NCBI RefSeq assembly: GCF_036321535.1
Contig: NC_087436.1
Location: 41,604,001-41,668,000, forward strand
From: Camelus dromedarius
Lineage: Eukaryota
Direction of reading: 5' to 3'
Length of the DNA stretch: 64,000 nucleotides
Under the pieces are notes generated by a model. It had not been told where the DNA came from, did no database searches, and saw only the letters and a list, made by a program, of their open reading frames with translations. Both the position numbers and the translations under genes were made by a program. Positions 13,351-23,473 of this stretch are shown here, piece by piece (the stretch's first letter is position 1; each line of letters starts with the position of its first letter).

Positions 13351-14345
13351 TACTGTTACATGTTGGCCAGTTTATGAAGTTCTTGCAAATGAATAACCTT
13401 TTTGTTCACGTAATATAGCCAGTATTTCCCACTTAATACAAAACTTTGACTTATTAATTTAGGGGTAATGAAGGCAGGAGGCAAAAGACCACGAGGAAAA
13501 GTATCATTAATGTACTGCCTTTCTTAGGTATGGCCATCCTGGATTTTCAGGCAGTGTAACTTTTAGCTTCTTTAGCAAAACATAGGACACATTTTCACCA
13601 GCTCAGAGGACTCAGAAAAATCTGAAGTTCAAAGTTAATCTAGTGATTCTATCCTGTGTCCTTTCCTGGGTTTCTGCTTCCCAGTCCTTCTTTGTTAAGG
13701 AATTAACTTTTTCAGTGAACACATTCTGTGGTTGTGAATGTAACACTCTTTGGTAATTCTGTAGCTCCCAAAATAAAAACATGGGTTTGATTTTCAGCAA
13801 AATTTGAGTTTTAGTTACTAAAGATATGAGTATCTCTAAATTTTGCCATGAAGGGTTTCTGACTTGCATAGTGTACCTTGAATTGACGTCGACTGGCCTA
13901 AACCTGTCATTCTCTCTCTTTTTTTTTTCACCATTTCTAGGTCAGTGTAACCAACTTTAAACAAAGTGTAACCAACTTTACTATCTTTATAGCTACTGTT
14001 GCTCCAATATGTTTCAAGTGCTGGAGCCATTGCATGAAACATTTTCCTTTCTACTTACACCTGATTTTATTCTCTGCAAACGAGGGTCTATGTGGCTATG
14101 GTGCTTCAGTTTATCATACATTACCGATCTAGCAGTTTGACCCCATTTGTCACCAGCAGTGGGGCTCTTGGTGCTCTCTAATTCCAGCATTTCATTATAA
14201 TTGCCTCTACTATTGCTGTTTTGGTATCATTTCCTTAACATAAAATGAGTAAAGGTTTGGGATGTGAGTCATTTGTCCAGGAGGTAATCACAGGAAGCAC
14301 AAGTAAGAAAATGGGGAAAGTGATATGGGGTGGGGGGGAGGGAGA

Positions 14346-14640
14346 CAGAGCTGCTTTCATGGATGTACAAGCTGTGCTGTCATGTGGGCCTGTGCTAAGG
14401 ACACCACCCATAATGTAGTGCTCTGCTGTCACCATCATGAAATTCTTATTAATTTTATTTTTGAATTTGAGTTTTGTAAGTGAAGTATGATGGAACAATG
14501 GAGTGTGCATGTGAGCAGGAGAAATATATGCATTGTGCATGTCAGTGTTTCCTGTCACCCCATTACATGTATTATGTGTCACGTGTAATGAGTACAGAAT
14601 GCCAATAGTATGGGAGTTCAGTAAGACCCACAGTGTGTGA
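14346..14640 (+). mobile_element. MER45B/C-like hAT-Tip100 DNA transposon fragment
   Basis: 'cagagctgctttcatgg…gctctgctgtcaccatcatgaaattctt…tttgaatttgagttttgtaagtgaagt…atggaacaatggag' resembles the MER45 5' arm. Confidence 0.75.
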
Positions 14641-15454
14641 TCTAAGGCCCCCAAAGAAAGCAAAAACCAAAAGGAACTGGAGTTAGAAATACGAATCTAA
14701 AAGTGCTAAGGTATTAAGGAAAGCAATAACATTTTAAGGACAGGAGATGAGGGGAGAAAAGAACAAGGAGAGGGAGAGAGGGAAAGAGAGACATAGAGTA
14801 TGAGTTAATAAGAGCTTAAAAAGTCAACAATATCACAACCGCACTTTAATGAATGGACGCTTAATTGTAATAATGCTTTTTAAAATGCTAGTTTTCTGAG
14901 AACTTATGTAATACTTGAGAATGGATAATTAACTAACTGAACTCAAGATTTGTGTATGGAGGGAAATAAAACGATGTTCAAGAAGGATTATTAACTTTGG
15001 CTAACCTGATAATACCATAATAGTTTAATAAAGGAACTCAGAATAACTTAAATTCCTAACTTTAATGCTTAATAATTCTTGATATGACTACTAGAAAAAC
15101 AACGTAACCTGTAAATACTACAGACTTGAAAACAAGTCCAATTTTATGCTATATGACACAGTGATTTTGACTATAGCAATAAAATAATAATCAAGCCTGA
15201 GATACAAGCAATGTCAAATAATAGCATGTATATTTAAAGGATACAGAAATTTGGGTAACTGAAACATATGCCCTAAATATTTTTTTCAGGAAATACACAA
15301 TGAATACCAATAATTTTGTATAAATATTACAATACATTCTCCTTATGGAAATACCAGAGAATTTGGTTAAACCAAAAGAAGCAAACAAAATTCATCTATA
15401 AACTGAAATCAGTCAGAAAGAACAACAGCTCTGGGGCATGTATCTTTAAAAGAT

Positions 15455-16028
15455 ATGTTTGGCAGAATAATAGAATCCACAAAGAGGCCCTGCCTGATCC
15501 CTGGAAACTATGATTATGTTACCTTACATGGTGGTAATATAGAGATTTTACAGATGGGATTAAGGTTAAATACCTTGATATCAAGAAATTATCCTAGGTT
15601 AGCTAGGTGGGCCCAATCTAATAACATGAATTCTTAAAAGTAGAAAACAAGAGAAGAGCATGTCAGAAAGATGCAACATGAGAAGTTGTCAAGCCAGTAT
15701 CCTTGCCTTTGAAAATGCAGGAAAGAGGCTACGAGACAGAATGCAGTTGTGTCTAGAAGCTTGGAACCATCTTCAGTTCACAGCCAGCAAGAAGACAAAG
15801 ACATTAGTCCAGCAACCTCAGTGAACTGAATTTTGCCGATAAGATGAATTGTCTGGAACTGTATTCTCCCCTACCTTCTTCACAAAGAAATACAGCTTAC
15901 CAATACATTTATTTTAGTTGGCTGAGACCTGTACTGGATTCCTGACCTAGAGAACTGCAAGATAATAACTTCGTGTTATTTAAGCCATTTGATTTACGGT
16001 AATTTGTAACAGCAACAGGAAACTAATG
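15455..16028 (+). mobile_element. MLT1D/E-like MaLR solo LTR
   Basis: 'tatgttaccttacatgg…cagatgggattaaggtt…ggtgggcccaatctaat' and end 'gtaatttgtaacagcaacaggaaactaat'. Confidence 0.85.
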
Positions 16029-16164
16029 TTCATGTTATTTACTTATCTTAGTCTACTTTGTACAAACTGTTCATTTTTTAAACAAAATTGTGGATTGTAA
16101 TTTATGTAACACTTTGTTTCCTCTTTTATTTATCCTACAATGTATTGTGAATATCTGTCACAAG

Positions 16165-16390
16165 AAGCAATATAATAGTTGGGAGTACAGCGTCTAGAGC
16201 CAGACTGCCTCAGTTCAAATCAGTTACCTGTCTCACTACTAATCTGTTCTCTATTGCTTCCCATAGAAAATGAGAAAGATAAAAATAATACTAGTTTATC
16301 AGGTTGACATGTTAATAAAACATGTTAGTATGTGTAAAGTAACTAAAACAGCATTAAAAACATCATAAGTAAAAAATAATTAATGGTGTT
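16165..16390 (+). mobile_element. MIR SINE
   Basis: 'tctagagccagactgcctcagttcaaatc' head, followed by a core-like '…aaaatgag…ataatacta…tatgtgtaaagt'. Confidence 0.7.
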
Positions 16391-16509
16391 TAAGTTTTAT
16401 CATTATAACCCATCCTGCTAGTTACAGATCTACCTCTGCAATTGTTAAAGCTGCTGTATAACCTTCCGTTTTAGGCATGTTGCATAATACAAACAATTCC
16501 TAACATATA

Positions 16510-17023
16510 ATATTTAGCTTGTGAGAAGCTTTTGCTGTTTAACAAAGCATTTCAAAACAAGGTGGCTTAGAACTGCAATCAGTTATTTAGGTCATAATTT
16601 TATAGGTTATCTGGGCAATTATTCTGAATTGGGCTAGCTCAGCTCATCTCTTCTGGACCTTCACTTGCGTCTGTGGTCAACAAGTCTATCATCTGGTGGT
16701 TTGATGCTCCATCATGGCCTCGCTCATGTGAACCGTTTGCAGATTGTCAGCCAGGTTGATGGTGGTACCAGGCAAGTGTCTTTCACCATCTGGTAGCCTA
16801 ACTGGGCTTATTTTCATGGTAGCAGGAGCCCCAGGAACTGTAAGAGAGGACAGACATTCTGTGCAAGTAATTGTCAGGTTTCTGCTTCCATCACATTTGC
16901 TAACAGGACATTGTCTCAAGTAAGTTGCAAGGCCAGGCCCTGGTTCAGAGCAGTAGGGCAGGTCACAAGGCAAGGAGATCACAGGGCAGGAAAAATATAA
17001 GGCCATGTTTGGGATCTATCACA
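16510..17023 (-). mobile_element. MLT1F/G/H-like MaLR solo LTR
   Basis: Antisense MLT1 phrases 'caaaacaaggtggcttaga', 'ggcctcgctcatgtg', 'catcacatttgctaac', 'ggcaggtcacaaggcaagg'. Confidence 0.75.
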
Positions 17024-17530
17024 AATATAGTTTACTTCTGCTCTTTTTATTTTTAAGATGATGAACAATGCTGAATGAATTTACGACCTCAACTTGTCTA
17101 GAAAAGCTCAGATGTGCTTTATCTAAGTCAGACTTCTCTGGTTGTTTATTCAAAGAAATATTTTAATAATTTGGTTTCTAATCATTGTAAAGATAAATAT
17201 TGTACTATCAGGTAATATATGATGCATAATATGCAATGCAGTATTTGGCTAATTTCTTGCTAATGTGAGAATTTATATAATTGTAATATTTATTGCAGCA
17301 TGCCAAATAATGTGTATAACATCCAGTTGTAATTTTAAAATTATTCTCCTCAGTGATTTGTTTTGGTCACATATATTTTAGAATCTATTGAATTTTTATT
17401 ATTGAACTACATTTCATTGTTATTGCTTCCATTTTCTTACTCTTCAGCTGTGATAAAACGTCTGTACTTAATTTAAGTGCTGTGGACCATCATGCCAGTA
17501 ATAGAACCTAATAGAAACCACAAATTAAAC

Positions 17531-17561
17531 TGTGTGTGTGCGTGTGTGTATGTGTGTGTGT
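17531..17561. repeat. Imperfect (TG)n microsatellite
   Basis: tgtgtgtgtgcgtgtgtgtatgtgtgtgtgt. Confidence 0.95.
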
Positions 17562-19299
17562 TTAAAGTGGCCGGATCATATATACTGACCATAGCATTAC
17601 AACTGCTGAGAGGATTCTGCATAGGTTTCTATTATCCACTGCTAGTGTTTTCTGTGCTAAGCCGATGGCATTATTAGCAGTTAGCCTTACAAAGACTTTT
17701 ATACAAATGGAGGCTGTACCATCTCCAATAACAAAGCAAACTGATTAGTTAGCATAGGGTGTAAAAGTGTGCTAAGAATTTTGGGGTAGTTCTGTAACTT
17801 TGTTTTCAAACCTACTGTTACTTGATCTACATGAAAGTACTATTTTATTTTTTTAAATAAATGTTTTACTGTGCACAATGTTTCCCTCTAGTCTTAAAGC
17901 TCTAGGAAAGAATGCAAATGTCTTTAAGCTTAATAATCTGACGTTTTAATGATGGAATGATGTTTATTTATGTTGCTGATAATTATATTCGAAAACATTG
18001 TCAACACTGAAAAAACAGTAGGTTTCTAATGACCCAAAGTATGAATTCTGTAAATTTCAAAAAGTAATTTATTCCCTTTCCTTCTTTTTTCCTGAAAATG
18101 ATGCCTTTTGGTACTATGTATTGAGAAGACAAGAAATTTTCTTTCCTTATGCAACGTATTTCTTTAATCCTTCAAGTTTGGAATGGCAACTGTAACATCC
18201 AGAAATACTTCTTACTGAGGCTTGCACTGTTTTCACTGTCGAAACAGAGAATTCTGTTAAGAACATGAACTATGACAAGGGAAGGAATAAGTAGTAGGTC
18301 ATCTAGACTCCAAAAAGCATGTTGTCCTTGTAGGTACAATCCTACAGCGCTTTTAATCATAATCAAACTTGTGCTGAAGTCCATGGAGATATTTGTCACA
18401 CAGAGAATAAGCATAGTCAAGATGTCTGGTTCAGTGAGAAAATATTTTCAGATTGAATTCATGTGTTCTTTTCCTTGAAAAATCCAGGGTGCTCCCTAAA
18501 TTGTGGGACCCACTACAGACCAAACTGCAGAGTAAAAGTACCCTTAATTAAGCAAAATAGAACGGTTTTATGAGGTATTTATGATAATAAAGAGGAAGTT
18601 TCTCAATGTTACAATATTGCTAAGGTTTAGAGGAGCAAATAAAGAAATATGGTTGCTTGAAATATAGCCGTGCATTGTAATTGTAGATTTTCTCTAATTT
18701 ATCTTCAAACTAGGACATTTCCTAGGCAGAAATACTGATGTCCTAGTGAAGGTATGTGTAACCTTCACAGAGTTGGAATAGCTTCCTCTTACTTTGAGTG
18801 GGTATTTCATTTAAAGAATGTATAGTCAACAAAAAGTAAGATAATTTATTTTTTGAAATTAAAAGAAATACTTAAATGGGAGCACAGTTCCACAATTCAG
18901 TAAAATGTATATAATTATTCCCCTTCTCCATCTCTCCTATTCTGGTAATAACTCTCGCACACAATGTGGCTGCTTCCAAAAACTCTCGCTTGTGTACATT
19001 CCAGATTTCTCCAACTAATCTCTCCAACTCATACAGTTCCCTCTTGGCTCTCTTCCTCTGCCTTTCCCTTCCATTACAGTTTCCGATGCAATTCCTCTAC
19101 AGTTGGCCTAGATCTCCTGTCACTCATTACTTCAACCTGCATATTGAGGCCCTGAAAAAAATGAGGCCCCTGAAGTTTAAGGGTACGTGTTTATGGATAA
19201 TTGAAAGGTAGATAATCAGTATCATCCTCCTGAATGTGTGGGGACAGGCAGAGGTGATGACCAAATGTACTCACCACTGAAAGTTTTCTTTATGTTTTG

Positions 19300-19462
19300 C
19301 ATTCATCAATTCGTTAATTTCACAACAAATCAATGAGATATGTGTAATTGTCACTAATATTCTACAGATGAGGAAGTTCAAGTTTACAGAGGTTAAATAA
19401 TTTGCAGAGACCTACAGTTAAGGCTTACCTTTGGGTCTAACTCTAGAAGCCATGCTCTTAAA
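19300..19462 (-). mobile_element. MIR SINE
   Basis: 'tacagatgaggaagttcaagtttacagaggttaaataatttgc…ctctagaagccatgctcttaa'. Confidence 0.75.
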
Positions 19463-19831
19463 TGACAAATGATGTTCCTGTGTTAAAATCATCTGTGCTA
19501 ATATTTTTAGTCCATGTCACACATGACTGACATTAAGTTGAACCAGAACTCAGAAAGAAAAGAAGCATCTGGAAGGGAAGGGTATATATGCAGACACTCT
19601 TCCCTTGTTTAAAGCTGAATGAGGGCAACAATTCCTTAACACTAAGATATCTACTTAGCTCATATCCTTATGGTTCAATGTTCTGTGTGTCTTGTCTTAT
19701 ATGCAAAGGTAAATATCAAAGGGAGTTGGTGAAACCTTAGATTATCATTATTTCGATAAATGACTCCATCTTAAAAATCATAAAAAATCTCTACCCACTA
19801 CTCAAAATTGACAATCAGAAAATTAAAACCA

Positions 19832-19878
19832 GGGGGGTGGGTATAGCTCAGTAGTAGTCTCCAGTATCTCCATTAAAA
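19832..19878 (+). mobile_element. Internally deleted Vic-1-type tRNA-derived SINE with 13-bp TSD
   Basis: Head ggggggtgggtatagctcagtagtag is joined directly to tctccagtatctccattaaaa. TSD aaaattaaaacca at 19819-19831 and 19879-19891. Confidence 0.9.
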
Positions 19879-20769
19879 AAAATTAAAACCATAATTTTTA
19901 AAGTTACCTGATGTGCTCTTCCATAGAGAGATTATAAACTAAGACTTTAGAAAATACATTTATGATGTTACAAAGAACCAGGTACATTAGCTCAGTGTTT
20001 GTATTGATTTAAGTACTGTATTTGAAATAAAACATCTCCATTAACCAAATAAAACATTGTAACAATATGCCAAATATTTTTATAATTTACCACAATTTCC
20101 TTATACTTGCTGATTAGCTTATATCAAGTTTTATTTGCTGGCCAGTTTTGGGAACTGGAAGTTTAGCATTGCAGGGCTCTAACTTGTAAGTTCTGGATAG
20201 TACTCAGCGAGAATAACGTGCTTGCCTACTGGTATTTTAGCACTAATTACGTAAAGTATTCTTAAAATGACTTCCTTTCCAAGGTAAATTTTAAGAACCA
20301 AAAAAATTCCTTGATTTCCAACTTTTCTCATGACCATTGAATCATTTGTTTTAAGGATATTATTTTTCTTTGTTACGTTAAAGAAATATCACCAAAAATT
20401 CATTCAATTTTTAATTTTTTTAAATGAAGCCATAAGTGTTACTTGGTAAAAATATGGGCTAATTGTTGGTTCTCTCTTATTTTAGTAAGAAATACTACCC
20501 AAGTACTAGCCATTCACCTGGCAAAATGTGGGTATTACAGACAAAATTAGATGAGATGGTGTAATTATGATGTGAAACATCAGGCCTTATTGCTGACTAG
20601 TAACTACAAGATCATAAAGGAAAGTAAATGTATACTGATATGGAGACCAGAAGGGTCTTCCACACTTAGTTCATGTTTCACTATGTCTGCATAGATCAGT
20701 TACTTTATTAGCTGGATCAATCTGGTAAGAATTATTACCTATAGTTTTTTTGCCAGTTACATATTGTCA

Positions 20770-21290
20770 TGTATCCACCCTTCTGAGTACCTGCTATGTG
20801 GCAACCTGAGGGGCCCATAATCTATGAAGAAGAGAAAAGTGAAATAGATTCTATGGCATGATAAAAGTAACTGCACAATTCCATGAAAGCCTATCAAAGG
20901 GGTACCTAACTAAATTATTTGATCCATGAACACTTCACAGAGGAGAGGACATCCAAAGTGAGTAAAGTGAAGTTAGCCATGCTCAGGGCTGGAGTTTGCA
21001 AGGCTACTCCAGGCAGAGTGAGGAACATGTGAAACACACAGGTGTCTCTGAGCATGAGTGAGTGGTAAAAGGAGTGGAAAAATAAATAGAGTTTGATCAG
21101 GATATTTTTCAAGTCATACTTTGTTGTTTTTCTCTTTTTTCTCAGGGAAAAGTAAGAAGTCATTGAAATATTTGCAGCTGAAGAATGAAATGATCAGATT
21201 GGCATTTCTGAAAGCTTGATTTGGTGTAAAATGATTGCAAGAGAGTCAGCTTGGAACCTGGAAGGACAGGTAAAAAACTTACAAAAATCT
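20770..21290 (-). mobile_element. L2 LINE fragment
   Basis: 'ctgagtacctgctatgtggca' and 'gaaatgatcagattggcatttctgaaag' are antisense L2 signatures. Confidence 0.6.
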
Positions 21291-21294
21291 TGTT

Positions 21295-21895
21295 TACCTA
21301 GAAGAGTAACCAGCCAGTCTTTATCCCTAAGAGAGTGCCAGCGGGTTCCTAGATATGTGTGTTAAATTAGATTCCATGCCTCTCAGGTCAACAATTTAAT
21401 ATAAGCAGGTGAACATCCTTCACTTTAAAGTCTGGGCACAATCAGTTGCCTCTGAGGAGGTGAGTCTGAATGCACAAGCCCTTTAAGAGTGGCTTCTAAG
21501 ATCACCAGGGTCTGGTGGGTCTTGGGATATGAGCCCCATTGGTTTTCAAAGTTAGATCCTTTGGGGGTTTATCTCTCAAGTGTATGTCTTAAAAGCTGAA
21601 ATGCCTGAGGAGTGGGTCTGAAGCTTTTACTCTTCACGGAGAAGCTCTGGGTTTGAGTTCCCTCCTGGTTGTGGGACACTGCACTAGGGCTGGGGTATAT
21701 GTTGAGATTGTTTCTAGCATGTCCTATCTGCTTTGATGTGATTTCCTTCTCATTTGCTCAGTGTGTACTCATTACTCAGCCAGTCTTTATGTTTTTGTAA
21801 GAAGAAATTGTTCTATATGTAGCTGTAGACTCAATGTGTCCATGGGAGGAGGTGAGTTCATGGTCATCCTACATGGCCATCTTGAACAGGAACTT
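21295..21895 (-). mobile_element. Isolated L1 5' UTR fragment (L1M3/L1MA9-type 5' end)
   Basis: 'gagccccattggttttcaaag…tcttaaaag…ggagaagctctgggtttgagttccctcc…gccatcttgaacaggaac'. The minus strand starts …caagatggc (YY1-type L1 start). Confidence 0.8.
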
Positions 21896-21997
21896 CCATA
21901 CGATATTCTTAGGCAATTTTTTCCTTGATTTTCAAATTAACTAAGGTCTAAGGACCTTTCAAAGCAATACTTGGCTGAATTAATTTAGACTGGCTAA

Positions 21998-22042
21998 TGT
22001 GTGTATATATATGTGTGTGTATATATACATATACTTATATAT
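21998..22042. repeat. Compound (TG)/(TA) microsatellite
   Basis: tgtgtgtatatatatgtgtgtgtatatatacatatac. Confidence 0.85.
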
Positions 22043-23004
22043 GGTTTTGTAGCTCTGTTATGCTTATTTTATAATTTAGACTTAGCTGATTTAGATTGAC
22101 TTTACATAAAAATGTATTTTATTAGGTTAGTTTTATTAAAGTTATTCTCAGTTAATTTTCCTCAGAATTAACTTATACTTTATAAAGAAACAAGTTTGTA
22201 TATGAATTATGTGATAAATATACACCAAGAATAGTCTCTGCAGGCATTTATTATGTTTACATGATGATTGTTGACGTGTAATAATATCATAATCTTATAT
22301 CATAAAATCAATAATGTTCTAATTAATCATTAAAAATATATTTATACATATATAGTATTGCAAATTTCAAGAATTGATATTTTTATTGTAGCTTTTATGA
22401 GAATTTTACACCTTAAATTCTGTTAGAATTCCAACATATAAATCCAAAACTCAGTGTTTCAAAGTTTTCATCAAAAACTTTCAAGTCTGCATTGCTTTTT
22501 CCAAAGACTGCGGATTAATCACCCAGGAAATATTTTTTTAATGTGCATTGCTTTAGGTTGTACATAAATCTTGTAACAAAGTAAATCCCTATAATTCAAA
22601 GAACCAAAACTACTTTCACTTCAGCATGCTGTTTTCCCCTACAGCCCTGTTGTTGCTGATTAATTTCTCAGTTTAAATTTGAAATAGAAAAATAAGCTTC
22701 CCAAGTTTAAGATCAGCTCCAATGTGGTGAGCTCTTCTTGCAGGAAAACATAATTTCAGTGAAACTCCAGATGTTGCTATTCATTGAAAAAAATTATCCT
22801 TAAGTAAACATTAGAAATGAGGATGCATGGAATACTTTTTATTCTGTAAAAATACATGTGGAGTATATATTCTCATTGGGCACTTTAGGGGTAATAACAA
22901 AAGTCATGGTTGTACATGAAGAATGCACTATTGGGAAATGAGAGACCCTGGTTCTAGACTTGTTTCCTTTAGATGACAGAGAAGTAAATGTGGATATCAA
23001 GGTC

Positions 23005-23473
23005 TATTAAGGGTATGAGGTTTGCCTACTTGCAAGCTAACAATTTTGCTGCCCAGTCTCATGTGTTTTGGTCTAAGAAGGACTTCTACTCAGAACACCA
23101 GGCGGCATGAGCTTTATGTTTTCATTGGCTGCCCTAACCCCTAAGTTCCATGGGGATGATGTGGAGGAGCCCAGGTGGATTCTGTACACACAATGAGTTT
23201 ACATCACAGCTGAGTAACTTCGAGCTAAGGAAACCTCCCAGTTGTGTAGATGGGCTGCTAACAAATGTGCCAATCAATGTCCAGGAAGGAGACATTGTTT
23301 TTATTAGTTTGGTCAGGAAACAAATCTGCCTTCTGTCTGGAGAGAGATACTATTCACTATCCTACTAAAATGCCTGCTATACAGTGATCCTTGAAAAGAT
23401 ATTCCAGAGAAAAAGACTTTGCTTAGAAAAACAGAAACACAGAGAGAGACTCATGGAGAATTATCTTCCATCA
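23005..23473 (-). mobile_element. 3' LTR of ERVL provirus (LTR40-like)
   Basis: The minus strand starts tgatggaagataattctccatgagtctctc…tatcttttcaaggat, resembling the LTR40 5' end. It is preceded by an ERVL-type PPT (ggggtgg), and its 3' end is homologous to 26466-26602. Confidence 0.75.

Larger units (their letters stand above)
11163..14345 (-). mobile_element. Internally deleted ERVL provirus relic with two LTR16-like LTR remnants (~11163-11400 and ~14217-14345)
   Basis: Identical 16-mer gaggtaatcacaggaa at 11221-11236 and 14281-14296, both in LTR16-like context. The intervening sequence resembles ERVL internal sequence and hosts nested insertions. Confidence 0.6.

Noticed and set aside
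14235..14663. 142-aa ORF, the longest in the track
   Set aside because: It spans a MER45-like element and an LTR remnant, so it is a chance ORF.
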